Below, piece by piece: positions 26,278-36,001 of a stretch of 42,567 nucleotides of DNA. Under the pieces are notes generated by a model. The model had not been told where the DNA came from. It was given only the letters and a program-made list of their open reading frames with translations, and did no database searches. The DNA lies in sequence record SRR31156797_1634. One strand, 5' to 3'. The position numbers were made by a program, and so were the translations under genes. The first letter of the stretch is position 1. Every line of letters starts with the position of its first letter.

Positions 26278-27300
26278 ATGGGACACATGACTCTCAAAGA
26301 TCTCGCCCGCAAGCTCGGCATCTCCGCATCAACGGTTTCCCGCGCCCTGCATGACCATCCGGACATCAGCGACAAAACCAAGGAAGTGGTCATGGCGGCG
26401 GCAGAAAAATACGGCTATCAGCCCAATCCCATCGCCCAGAGTTTGAAAAAACAGAGCAGCAAAGTCATCGGGGTTATTGTACCCGAAATCCGGCACAATT
26501 TTTTCGCCACTGTAATCAGCGGTATTGAGGAAGTGGCTTACAATGCCGGGTATATCATCATGGTCTGCCAGTCCAACGAGACCTTGCAGCGGGAGATCAT
26601 GACCACCAAGGCTCTGGCCGCCAATCGCGTGGCCGGGGTTCTCATGGCTATTTCCCTTGAAACCACCAGCAATGATCACATGCGCACCTTAATGCGCCAA
26701 AACATCCCGCTGGTCCAATTTGACCGGGTGGTGGATGAACTGGACACCGGAAAGGTAGTTATTGACGACTTCCGGGCCTCCTACAAAATGACCTCTCACC
26801 TCATCGACCGCGGCTACAAGCGCATCGGTTTCCTTGCCGGACGTGAAGGCATTTCCATGAACAGACTGCGCTTCAACGGTTACCTGCAAGCTCTCAAAAA
26901 TCACGACATCCCCTTTTACCCGGAACTGAACATCAACATCGGGGGTTGCCGGGGGAGCAACGGACGGGCCGGAGCGGAAGAATACCTGAAAATGGACAAC
27001 CCTCCTGACGCTATTTTATGCATCAATGATCCGGTGGCTGTAGGCGCATTCTGCCGTTTCCGTGAAGAAGGCTGGCGCATCCCCGAAGATGTGGCTTTGG
27101 CCGGTTTTTCAGGGTCCCCGGAATCCGCGCTTATTGATCCGGCTCTTAGTTCTGTGGCCCAGCCGGCTTTTGAAATGGGCAAAACCGCAGCCACCCTGCT
27201 ACTCAAACAGCTTAAGGAAAAAGAAAATTTCCGGCCCGAAACCATCACCCTTGAAACCGAACTGCTCATCCGCGGATCAAGCTACAAGGAGGAAAGCTGA
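26278..27300 (+). CDS. LacI-family transcriptional regulator
   Basis: TLKDLARKLGISASTVSRAL helix-turn-helix, YQPNPIAQSL hinge and a sugar-binding domain. Confidence 0.95.
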   Translation: MGHMTLKDLARKLGISASTVSRALHDHPDISDKTKEVVMAAAEKYGYQPNPIAQSLKKQSSKVIGVIVPEIRHNFFATVISGIEEVAYNAGYIIMVCQSNETLQREIMTTKALAANRVAGVLMAISLETTSNDHMRTLMRQNIPLVQFDRVVDELDTGKVVIDDFRASYKMTSHLIDRGYKRIGFLAGREGISMNRLRFNGYLQALKNHDIPFYPELNINIGGCRGSNGRAGAEEYLKMDNPPDAILCINDPVAVGAFCRFREEGWRIPEDVALAGFSGSPESALIDPALSSVAQPAFEMGKTAATLLLKQLKEKENFRPETITLETELLIRGSSYKEES

Positions 27301-28316
27301 TGGGTGTCACCCGCAAATCATGGGGCCACACCTCCTCTTACGCGGAGGTACAACTCTTCACACTGGAAAACAGTGCGGGCTGCAAGGCCCATATTTCAAC
27401 GTACGGAGCCACCCTCACCGGGCTGGAAATCCCGATCGGCGGAGACATGATTGACGTGGTACTCGGCTTTGACTCCCTTGAAGAATATATGACAGACGGC
27501 AACTACATGGGAGCTACCGTAGGGCGGGTTGCCGGAAGAATTTCAAATGCATCCTTTGAGCTGAACGGACAGAAGTTTCAACTGGACAGCAACGAATCCC
27601 CGAACCACCTTCACGGCGGAACAAACGGTTTCAACCGACAAGTCTGGGAAGTTGTAACAATTGATAACAAACAAGACACTCCCTCCCTGACCCTTTCCCT
27701 TCTCAGCCTGCACCTTGCAGGCGGCTATCCCGGTAACCTGAAAGTGGAAGCAACTTTCGCCCTGAGCGGAACAACCCTGCACATCATCTACCGGGCAACA
27801 AGTGATAAGCCCACCCCCCTGAACATAACCGCGCATCCCTATTTCAATCTAAACGGAGACGGCCGCGAAATAAACAATCATCAATTGAAGATTTTTTCAG
27901 CAAAATCGACCAAATTCGACAATGCCCTCATTCCTGACGGCGAACTCATTGATATTTCCGGCACTGATGCTTATTTCGACGATTTTAACCCGTTGGAAAC
28001 AAACGAACAGGACCGCTTTTATGTTCTGAACAATAAACGCGAAGACCTCATCCCGACGGCAATTGCCCGCAGCAGTGAGTCAGGGCTGGAAATGGAAGTA
28101 CGCACCACCCAACTCGGAATGCAACTTTACACTGCTGACGGCTTAAAAAAAGGAACACCCGGCAAAAACGGATTGCAATATGGACCGCGCTCAGGATTCT
28201 GCATTGAGCCCATGGGCTACCCGGATGCGGTCAATAGACCCGAATTCCCATCCGTGATTTTAAATCCCGGAGAAAAATACAATCATTCAACCGAGTACAG
28301 ATTCCGTACCTTTTAA
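27300..28316 (+). CDS. galM: Aldose 1-epimerase (galactose mutarotase)
   Basis: GATVGRVAGRI, NHLHGG, GYPGNL, HPYFNL and GFCIEP. Confidence 0.92.
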   Translation: MGVTRKSWGHTSSYAEVQLFTLENSAGCKAHISTYGATLTGLEIPIGGDMIDVVLGFDSLEEYMTDGNYMGATVGRVAGRISNASFELNGQKFQLDSNESPNHLHGGTNGFNRQVWEVVTIDNKQDTPSLTLSLLSLHLAGGYPGNLKVEATFALSGTTLHIIYRATSDKPTPLNITAHPYFNLNGDGREINNHQLKIFSAKSTKFDNALIPDGELIDISGTDAYFDDFNPLETNEQDRFYVLNNKREDLIPTAIARSSESGLEMEVRTTQLGMQLYTADGLKKGTPGKNGLQYGPRSGFCIEPMGYPDAVNRPEFPSVILNPGEKYNHSTEYRFRTF

Positions 28317-28349
28317 AAGAATCTGAAAACAAGCAAGGCGAGATGAAAC

Positions 28350-29447
28350 ATGGCAAACGTAGAGCTTAAAAACGTCATTAAACGTTATGGATCAGTCGAG
28401 GTCATCCACGGTGTGGATCTTTCCGTAAACGACAACGAATTCATCGTGCTGGTCGGCCCTTCGGGATGCGGCAAGTCCACTCTGCTGCGCATGGTAGCCG
28501 GACTGGAGGACATCAGCGGCGGAGACATCCACATCGGCGAACGCGTGGTCACCAATGTTTCCCCCAAAGACCGCAACGTGGCCATGGTATTCCAGAACTA
28601 CGCCCTCTATCCGCACATGACCGTCGGTGAAAACATGGGGTTTTCATTGAAAATGCACAAAAAATCCAAAGACGAGATTGAGCAGCGCGTGAACGACGTT
28701 GCCAAGATTCTCGAACTTGAACCCTACCTGCACCGCAAGCCTTCAGAACTTTCCGGCGGCCAACGTCAGCGTGTAGCCATGGGACGAGCCATGGTCCGCA
28801 ACCCTGACGTCTTCCTTTTCGACGAACCGCTCTCCAACCTTGATGCTCAGTTGCGTACCCAGATGCGAATGGAACTGCGCAAAATGCACATGCGCCTCAA
28901 AACAACCACCATATACGTCACCCATGACCAGATTGAAGCCATGACTTTGGCTGACCGCATTGTCATTCTTAAGGATGGCTACATCCAGCAGGTAGGCACA
29001 CCGGTGGAAGTTTTTGAAAGGCCCAACAATGTCTTCGTAGCCCAATTCATCGGCAACCCGCCCATGAATATCCTTGAAGGGGTCATCAAAGTAATCGACG
29101 GTAAAAGGTACGTGGTTAAAGGCAGTACAAAATTTCCAGTGCAGGATCATCAAGGACCCAACCTTAAAGACGGCGATCCGGTACTTGCCGGACTGCGCCC
29201 GGACTCCATCAAGATGGGTGACAACATTGAACGGCTGCAAAAGGACTGGTGGTGCAGCGGCGAGGTCGTGGTTTCCGAAATCCTCGGTGCCCATTCACTG
29301 CTTGAAATCGTCATTGATGGCGAGAACGAACTTATCGCCGAGGTGGAAGGCCGGGTCATTGCTCATCCCGGTGAGACCGTCCCCATCGGCTTTGAATTCG
29401 ACCGCATGGTCCTTTTCGATCCTGAAACGAAAGAGGCGCTCTACTAG
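28350..29447 (+). CDS. Carbohydrate ABC transporter ATP-binding protein (MalK/UgpC family)
   Basis: [27 protein letters not shown] and DEPLSNLD. Confidence 0.95.
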   Translation: MANVELKNVIKRYGSVEVIHGVDLSVNDNEFIVLVGPSGCGKSTLLRMVAGLEDISGGDIHIGERVVTNVSPKDRNVAMVFQNYALYPHMTVGENMGFSLKMHKKSKDEIEQRVNDVAKILELEPYLHRKPSELSGGQRQRVAMGRAMVRNPDVFLFDEPLSNLDAQLRTQMRMELRKMHMRLKTTTIYVTHDQIEAMTLADRIVILKDGYIQQVGTPVEVFERPNNVFVAQFIGNPPMNILEGVIKVIDGKRYVVKGSTKFPVQDHQGPNLKDGDPVLAGLRPDSIKMGDNIERLQKDWWCSGEVVVSEILGAHSLLEIVIDGENELIAEVEGRVIAHPGETVPIGFEFDRMVLFDPETKEALY

Positions 29448-29528
29448 AGATTTACCATCAACAGTAGAAGCGACAATTTATACAAGGCTTAAGGATAACG
29501 TAGATTGTTTTAACATTTAGGAGGAAAC

Positions 29529-30791
29529 ATGAAACAGTCCCTGATTAAACTTTGCTTGGTGTTCGCGGCAGTAATGCTGCTGGCAGTTCCGCAGGTCTCT
29601 CAGGCCAAAGAACTCAAAGGCGATCTTGAAATTTTCTCTTGGTGGGCAGGTGACGAAGGTCCGGCCCTGCAGGCTCTGATCGGTCTCTACAAAGGCCAGC
29701 ATCCCAATGTAAATGTCATTGACGCAACTGTTACCGGCGGTTCCGGAGTTAACGCCAAAGCAGTACTCAAAACACGCATGCTCGGTGGTGAGCCGCCGGA
29801 CAGCTTTCAGGTTCACGCTGGTCAGGAACTAATCGGTACCTGGGTTAAGTCTGACCGTATGGAAGACTTGACCTTCCTGTTCAAAGAAGAAGGCTGGATG
29901 GACGTTTTTCCTAAAGGTCTGGTTAAGCTGATCGGTACCGACAAGGGGATCTGGTCCGTTCCGGTAAACATCCACCGTTCCAACGTAATGTGGTACATCC
30001 CTGCCAACCTGAAAAAATGGGGCGTGGAAGCACCTAAAAACTGGAATGATTTCCTGAAAATCGCTCCCAAGCTCCAGAAAGAAGGCATCATCCCCCTTGC
30101 CATGGGCCAGAACTGGACCGCAACCCACCTCTGGGAATCCGTTGTTATCGCATCCATCGGTGCTGACAAATGGAATGATCTCTGGTCCGGTAAGCTGAAG
30201 TTCAACAGCCCTGAAATGATCAAGGCCTGGGAACTCTTCGGCAAAATCCTGCCTTACACCAACAAAGACGCTGCTTCCCTTTCCTGGCAGCAGGCGACCG
30301 ACATGGTCATCGACGGCCGCGCAGCATTCAACATCATGGGCGACTGGGCCGCAGGTTACATGTCCACCACCAAGAAAATGGTTCCGGGCAAAGACTTTGC
30401 ATGGCTCGCATCCCCTGAAACCGAAGGTGTATTCATCTTCCTCGCCGACTCCTTCGGCCTGCCCAAGGGCGCACCCAACCGCGACAACGCCATTGCATGG
30501 CTGAAACTACTCGGTTCCAAGAAAGGCAGTGATACCTTCAACCCCCTCAAGGGTTCCATCTCCGCCCGTACTGACACTGACCTCAGCAAGTACAACGTAT
30601 ACCTGCAGTCCGCAGCGAAGGACTTCGCCAAAGATGCAGTTGCTGCTTCCCTGATCCACGGCGCAGCAGCAAACGAAACCTTCATGGGCGGCTTCGCACA
30701 GGTTATGGAAATGTTCCTGAAGACCAAAAACGCCAAGGCAACCGCCATGGCAAGCCAGCAGCTGGCTAACAAAGCCCAGATCGGCAAGTAA
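29529..30791 (+). CDS. Sugar ABC transporter substrate-binding protein (glucose/galactose type)
   Basis: Signal peptide; [30 protein letters not shown] and MGDW. Confidence 0.9.
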   Translation: MKQSLIKLCLVFAAVMLLAVPQVSQAKELKGDLEIFSWWAGDEGPALQALIGLYKGQHPNVNVIDATVTGGSGVNAKAVLKTRMLGGEPPDSFQVHAGQELIGTWVKSDRMEDLTFLFKEEGWMDVFPKGLVKLIGTDKGIWSVPVNIHRSNVMWYIPANLKKWGVEAPKNWNDFLKIAPKLQKEGIIPLAMGQNWTATHLWESVVIASIGADKWNDLWSGKLKFNSPEMIKAWELFGKILPYTNKDAASLSWQQATDMVIDGRAAFNIMGDWAAGYMSTTKKMVPGKDFAWLASPETEGVFIFLADSFGLPKGAPNRDNAIAWLKLLGSKKGSDTFNPLKGSISARTDTDLSKYNVYLQSAAKDFAKDAVAASLIHGAAANETFMGGFAQVMEMFLKTKNAKATAMASQQLANKAQIGK

Positions 30792-30836
30792 TGAAAGTCT
30801 GCCGCTGGCAGGGCAAAATCTTATTAAAAGGTTTAA

Positions 30837-30850
30837 GCCGCCGGAGGCAT
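30837..30850 (+). repeat. GCCGCCGGAGGCAT interspersed repeat core, copy 1
   Basis: Exact 14-mer also at 32930-32943 (+) and 42525-42538 (-). Confidence 0.8.
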
Positions 30851-30866
30851 TCTACTAAAGAATAAT

Positions 30867-30892
30867 ACCGCGCCGGGATTTCCCGGCGCGGT
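30867..30892 (+). other. Strong intercistronic hairpin
   Basis: ACCGCGCCGGG-ATTT-CCCGGCGCGGT, a perfect 11-bp stem with no U-tract. Confidence 0.75.
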
Positions 30893-30911
30893 CCCAAAAG
30901 GGGTTCGGCAT

Positions 30912-32030
30912 ATGAGGGAAGCATCACGGGACAGGCTGAAGGCGTTTTTAACCCTTCTGCCATCAATCATCCTTGTCGCCGTTTTTGTTTACGGTTTTAT
31001 CGGCAACACCATCTGGATTTCCATGACCGACTGGGGCGGCTCAGGAGCACTGGCCCTTGATCCGCAAAAAAATTTCATCGGTCTGGATAACTATGTGGAA
31101 CTGTTCAACGGATTCCTTTCAGGCGGTTTCAGACAGGACCTTGTCAACGCAGTATATTACTCGGTCCTACTGCTGGCCGGGGCCATCGGCCTTGGCATGT
31201 TCATAGCCATCCTGCTGGACCAGAAGCCCAAGGGCGAGGACCTCCTGCGCACAATTTTCCTTTACCCCATGTCCCTTTCCTTTATCGTTTCCGGTACCAT
31301 CTGGCGCTGGTTGCTGGCACCGCAGGGCGGGGTCAATGTGCTGCCCACATACTTTGGATTTGATGCCCTTGATTTCCAGTGGACCTCATCCACTAAGGCT
31401 ATTCTTGAATTCAATTGGCAGAATATTTTGCAGATTCTCATTTACATCGCAGCTTTCATCCTAATCATGATCGGGCTGTTCCTGCTCAAGGGTGATCCGC
31501 AAAAAGCAATAAAACGCTGGCTTGGTCCCGGTGTGGTTATCGGAGCATTCGCATGGCTGGGTGGCTCCCTGCTTCCAAAGGCCCTGTTCATGGAAGAAAT
31601 GCACGGATTCAATCTTGCCACACTGGGTATCATCATTGCCACAGTCTGGCAGTATGCAGGCTACACCATGGCCCTTTACCTTGCCGGGTTCAACGGAATT
31701 TCACAGGATCTGCGTGATGCGGCTATGCTCGACGGAGCCAGCAATACCAATTACTACCGCTATGTGGCCATTCCCATGCTCAAGCCGATCACCATCAGCG
31801 CAGTGATCATCCTCTCACACATCTCACTAAAGATGTTCGACATCATTTTTGCCATGACCGGACCAGACAACGCGCAAACCGGACATCCGGCCCTGAACAT
31901 GTATATGACCACCTTCCGAGCCAATGACTTTGCCCAAGGTGCGGCCATAGCCATTGTGCTTTTCCTTGTGGCAGGAACATTCATCGTTCCCTATGTAATC
32001 AGCCAGTACAAGCAAAGGAGAAAGGGATAA
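30912..32030 (+). CDS. Sugar ABC transporter permease
   Basis: FIGLDNY, RTIFLYPMSLS and the EAA-like loop LRDAAMLDGA. Confidence 0.92.
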   Translation: MREASRDRLKAFLTLLPSIILVAVFVYGFIGNTIWISMTDWGGSGALALDPQKNFIGLDNYVELFNGFLSGGFRQDLVNAVYYSVLLLAGAIGLGMFIAILLDQKPKGEDLLRTIFLYPMSLSFIVSGTIWRWLLAPQGGVNVLPTYFGFDALDFQWTSSTKAILEFNWQNILQILIYIAAFILIMIGLFLLKGDPQKAIKRWLGPGVVIGAFAWLGGSLLPKALFMEEMHGFNLATLGIIIATVWQYAGYTMALYLAGFNGISQDLRDAAMLDGASNTNYYRYVAIPMLKPITISAVIILSHISLKMFDIIFAMTGPDNAQTGHPALNMYMTTFRANDFAQGAAIAIVLFLVAGTFIVPYVISQYKQRRKG

Positions 32031-32033
32031 ACC

Positions 32034-32873
32034 ATGAGTACTACAACCCAGAAAACCGGAATAACTCCCGGCTCCATACTGCTCTACGGCTCACTTTTCG
32101 TGCTGGCCTTGTTTTTCCTTATGCCGGCCTACATGGCTATTGTCACCGCGCTCAAGGACCCGGCAAATATCAGCCTGCCCACCGCGTGGGAATTGCCTGA
32201 AAAATTCAATTGGCAAAGTTTCCCTGAAGCCTTTGGGCTGCTTAAATCCAACATTGCCAGTTCCCTGATCCTGACCGTCTGTGCCACCGTGCTTTCCACA
32301 GTGCTCGGTTCCTTGAACGGTTATGTCTTTTCCAAATGGAAATTCAAAGGCAGTGAGCTGATCTTCACCCTGTTCCTGTTCGGCATGTTCATCCCCTATC
32401 AGGTTATCCTGATCCCGCTCTTCCAGACCCTGCGGGCCATGAACCTTTACGGAGGATTGCCGGGTTTGATCCTCGCCCACGTGGTTTACGGTTTGCCGAT
32501 AACCTCGCTGATCTTCCGTAACTTCTACGCCCAGATTCCCACTGCACTGGTGGAGTCGGCAAGGCTGGACGGAGCCGGATTCTTTTCCATCTACACCAAG
32601 ATCGTCTTTCCGCTATCCATCCCCGGATTTGTGGTCACCAGCCTCTGGCAGGTTACCCAGATCTGGAACGAATTCCTCTGGGGTATCTGTCTGACCCGCC
32701 ACGAGGACAACCCTATCACCGTGGGACTAGCCCAGTTGGCAGGCGGACAGGCCGTAAGCTGGAACCTGCCCATGGCCGGATCGATCATGGCAGCTTTCCC
32801 GGTGCTCATGATTTATATTTTCTTGGGTCGCTACTTTATACGCGGATTACTTGCTGGATCAGTAAAAGAATAA
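32034..32873 (+). CDS. Sugar ABC transporter permease
   Basis: [20 protein letters not shown] and [13 protein letters not shown]. Confidence 0.92.
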   Translation: MSTTTQKTGITPGSILLYGSLFVLALFFLMPAYMAIVTALKDPANISLPTAWELPEKFNWQSFPEAFGLLKSNIASSLILTVCATVLSTVLGSLNGYVFSKWKFKGSELIFTLFLFGMFIPYQVILIPLFQTLRAMNLYGGLPGLILAHVVYGLPITSLIFRNFYAQIPTALVESARLDGAGFFSIYTKIVFPLSIPGFVVTSLWQVTQIWNEFLWGICLTRHEDNPITVGLAQLAGGQAVSWNLPMAGSIMAAFPVLMIYIFLGRYFIRGLLAGSVKE

Positions 32874-32929
32874 ATAACAACCACACAAAGCGGCGAAGCC
32901 CTAATAAAAGTTTCTCTGGACCTCGGAGA

Positions 32930-32943
32930 GCCGCCGGAGGCAT
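32930..32943 (+). repeat. GCCGCCGGAGGCAT interspersed repeat core, copy 2, overlapping the RBS of the next gene
   Basis: Exact 14-mer; its GGAGG lies 5 nt before TTG 32946. Confidence 0.8.
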
Positions 32944-32945
32944 AC

Positions 32946-33833
32946 TTGACTAAACAACTATTCATCGCCGGACTTGGCGAAATCTTATTTGATGTACTGG
33001 CTGATTCCGAAGAAATCGGAGGTGCCCCGGTCAACTTTGCTTACCATGCAGGACGGCTGGGCGCAGACGGCGCGGCCATCTCCACCCTCGGGGATGATGA
33101 ACGCGGACGGAGGGCCACCAGCGAACTAATGAACCGCGAACTCTGCCTTTCCGGAGTCAGCATTGACCCGGACCATGCGACCGGATACGTGGAAGCACGT
33201 CTGGATGATCAAGGCGTGGCAACTTATTATTTTCCTGATGACATCGCCTGGGACCACCTGAAACTGAACGATACCGCCATGGGCTTTGCTACGCAGGTGG
33301 ATGCGGTCTGCTTCGGCACCCTTGCCCAGCGTAGCGAGCAATCCCGGAAAGCAATCCATACCTTTCTTGATACAGCCCCGCAGGCTCTGAAAGTATATGA
33401 CATGAACCTGCGTCAGCTTTTTTACAGCGAAGAAATCATTGCAGAATCACTGCATCGGGCTGATGTGTTAAAATTGAATGACGATGAAATCAAAGTCGTT
33501 GCTCCAATGTTCGGTCTAAGAGGCAGTGAACGGGACATGCTCAAATCATTGCACGATGAATTCAAACTGAAATGCTCAGTGCTGACCCGGGGCAGCAAGG
33601 GCAGCCTGATCATCGGGGAAGATGGAGAAATGGAACATCCCGGCATTGAAGTGGAAGAAATTGCAGATACTATAGGTGCCGGCGATTCTTTCACCGCTGC
33701 GGTAGCACTCGGGCTGCTGCTGGGACATTCGCTGAAAGAGATCAGCGATCATGCCAACAGGCTGGCCGCCCATGTCTGTTCCTGCAAAGGGGCCATGCCT
33801 GCCATCCCCGTTGAATTTAAGTTAATAAAATAA
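32946..33833 (+). CDS. PfkB-family carbohydrate kinase (fructokinase-like)
   Basis: GLGEILFD, GGAPVNFA, DMNLR, LKLNDDE and DTIGAGDSF. Confidence 0.9.
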   Translation: MTKQLFIAGLGEILFDVLADSEEIGGAPVNFAYHAGRLGADGAAISTLGDDERGRRATSELMNRELCLSGVSIDPDHATGYVEARLDDQGVATYYFPDDIAWDHLKLNDTAMGFATQVDAVCFGTLAQRSEQSRKAIHTFLDTAPQALKVYDMNLRQLFYSEEIIAESLHRADVLKLNDDEIKVVAPMFGLRGSERDMLKSLHDEFKLKCSVLTRGSKGSLIIGEDGEMEHPGIEVEEIADTIGAGDSFTAAVALGLLLGHSLKEISDHANRLAAHVCSCKGAMPAIPVEFKLIK

Positions 33834-33857
33834 TTTTTTTTAATACAGGATAGAACC

Positions 33858-34529
33858 ATGAAAAGAAGTGAAATAAATGCACTTATAACCAAGGCCAAAA
33901 AATTTTATTCCGGACACCATTTCAACCTGCCCAAATGGGCTTTCTGGGAACCGAAAGAATGGAAAGGTAAAGGCGATAGCGAAGTTGTGCGCAACATGCT
34001 CGGCTGGGACCTGACCGATTACGGCAAAGGAGACTTTGATAAGCTGGGACTGATCCTGTTCACCATCCGCAACGGCAATCTCCAGACCGGAGATCCCAAA
34101 CCTTACGCGGAAAAAATAATGATCCTGCGCGAAGGACAGCTCTGCCCCATGCATTTCCACTGGTCCAAACGCGAAGACATCATCAACCGTGCCGGCGGCA
34201 AATTGGTTATCAAACTTTACGGCTCCAACGAAGATGAATCCATGTCCGACCAGCCGCTGGAGGTAAGTGTAGACGGTTTTGTGCGCACAGTGGAACCAGG
34301 CGGCGAAATCGTGCTTGAACCGGGTGAATCCATCTGCCTTGAACCGGGCATGTACCACTGCTTCTACTGCGAAAAAGGAACCGGTGATGTCATGGTCGGC
34401 GAAGTCAGTGCGGTCAATGATGACAACATCGACAACCGTTTCCACGAGCCTCTGCCACGTTTCCCGGAAGTGGACGAGGATGAGGAGCCTATTCACCTGC
34501 TGGTTACTGATTATAAAAAATATGTATAA
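33858..34529 (+). CDS. D-lyxose/D-mannose family sugar isomerase (cupin)
   Basis: MKRSEIN, LGWDLTDYG, YAEKIM, PMHFHWSKREDIINR and GEVSAVNDDNIDNRF. Confidence 0.88.
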   Translation: MKRSEINALITKAKKFYSGHHFNLPKWAFWEPKEWKGKGDSEVVRNMLGWDLTDYGKGDFDKLGLILFTIRNGNLQTGDPKPYAEKIMILREGQLCPMHFHWSKREDIINRAGGKLVIKLYGSNEDESMSDQPLEVSVDGFVRTVEPGGEIVLEPGESICLEPGMYHCFYCEKGTGDVMVGEVSAVNDDNIDNRFHEPLPRFPEVDEDEEPIHLLVTDYKKYV

Positions 34530-34551
34530 AAACTAAACAATACACACAAAT

Positions 34552-34583
34552 AATCCCGGACAGGAGCTCTCCAATCCGGGATT
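34552..34583. terminator. Hairpin between convergent genes, probable bidirectional terminator
   Basis: AATCCCGGA...TCCGGGATT stem with AT-rich flanks. Confidence 0.6.
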
Positions 34584-34606
34584 TCTAATTTGTATCCTTT
34601 CAGCTT

Positions 34607-35515
34607 TTACTCAGAATCAATCAACCTGAAACGAACCAGCTGGCGATGTAAATCCTCAAACCTGACCGGTTTGATCAGATATGTGTCGGCCAGACACTCA
34701 TAAACGGCCTTGTATATGGTTTTTTCATCGCTCAAGCAGCTGGCAATAAAGATCTTTGCTTCATCACCAAAAGTATCCAAATTCTTACTGCGCTCCATCT
34801 GACGGATAGCTTTGCAAGCCTGCAAACCGTCAATATTGGGCATCATGATGTCCAGCACAATAAGATCAAAATGGGGACTACTGCCGGAAATACTTTCGGT
34901 AAACGCCTGAATAGCCTCAACTCCATCCTTGGCTACATAACAGTCCATATATTTGGAAAGATAATGATTCATGACCTTACGGCTGGTAAAATCATCATCA
35001 ACAATCAAAGCTATAGGGTTCTTGCGAACCTGAATTTTGCTTGAAACCTCTTTGGAGACACGCTCACTGGACTTAGCAACGGACTCCGGCTCAGTAGCTA
35101 CTGCTTCAGAATCCAATTCTCCTGATTCTAAATCATAGCTTTTGAGTAGGGCATATCCGCGACCATAATCAATCTTATCGTCACCAGTACCAATAATATT
35201 CCCAAAAGCATCCTCAATCAGGTCAAAACTCTTGAGCAGAATATCAATGACTTTTTTATCCGGCCCTCGCTCGCCCGAACGAATAGCCGAACAGGCATCT
35301 TCCACCATGTGCACAAATTCGGCAAGATCCATAAATCCCATCATGGACGAGTTGCCTTTAATAGTGTGCAGCACCCTGAAAATACGGTCAATTGAATCCT
35401 GATTACGAATTTCTTCGAAATTAAGAATATCCTGCACCGCCAAGTCTGTTGCTTCCCGGCATTCGTTCACAAATTCGCCCAGAAACAAATCCTGTTCAAA
35501 TTCATCACTCATCAT
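34607..35515 (-). CDS. Hpt (CheA-P1-like) plus receiver domain protein
   Basis: IFRVLHTIKGNS Hpt histidine; LIVDDD...LDIMMPNIDG...YLIKP receiver domain. Confidence 0.85.
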   Translation of the reverse strand: MMSDEFEQDLFLGEFVNECREATDLAVQDILNFEEIRNQDSIDRIFRVLHTIKGNSSMMGFMDLAEFVHMVEDACSAIRSGERGPDKKVIDILLKSFDLIEDAFGNIIGTGDDKIDYGRGYALLKSYDLESGELDSEAVATEPESVAKSSERVSKEVSSKIQVRKNPIALIVDDDFTSRKVMNHYLSKYMDCYVAKDGVEAIQAFTESISGSSPHFDLIVLDIMMPNIDGLQACKAIRQMERSKNLDTFGDEAKIFIASCLSDEKTIYKAVYECLADTYLIKPVRFEDLHRQLVRFRLIDSE

Positions 35516-35912
35516 CGAGAATCCCCAACTCTTTCAGCTTAGTTGTCATGACCTCAGCGGTCAGCGGTTTAACGATATAATCAGTGGCTTCACTCTTGTT
35601 GAAAGCTTCAAAAACAGTTTTCACATCAGAGAGAGCGGTCACCATTATGATCACGGCTTCTTTAGCCGGGACAACCTTAAATTCACGTTCTATTTCCCTA
35701 ATTTCCCTGGTAGCATCAAGCCCGTTTTTTTCCGGCATCATAATGTCCATGAAAACATACTGATACGGGTCACTTTCCTCCAGAGCGGACTGATAAACTT
35801 CCACAGCCTCAGCCCCGTTCACAGCTACGTCGACCTCTCCGTATTTCCTGAGAAACAGCTGTAAAAAATTTCTTGAGGCAAAGTCATCTTCAGCAACCAA
35901 AAACTTCATCAC
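35505..35912 (-). CDS. Single-domain response regulator (CheY-like)
   Basis: LVAEDD, MDIMMP, MVTA and YIVKP. Start is GTG 35912 or ATG 35909. Confidence 0.9.
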   Translation of the reverse strand: MMKFLVAEDDFASRNFLQLFLRKYGEVDVAVNGAEAVEVYQSALEESDPYQYVFMDIMMPEKNGLDATREIREIEREFKVVPAKEAVIIMVTALSDVKTVFEAFNKSEATDYIVKPLTAEVMTTKLKELGILDDE

Positions 35913-36001
35913 GCCACCTCACGTACTGGGATTAAGAATATGCACTATTAAAATTAACACAGCACTGCTTGTTTTTCAAACTACTGAACTACAAATATAT
36001 C

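Noticed and set aside
33840-34496. Minus-strand 218-aa ORF
   Set aside because: It is the antisense shadow of the sugar isomerase gene.
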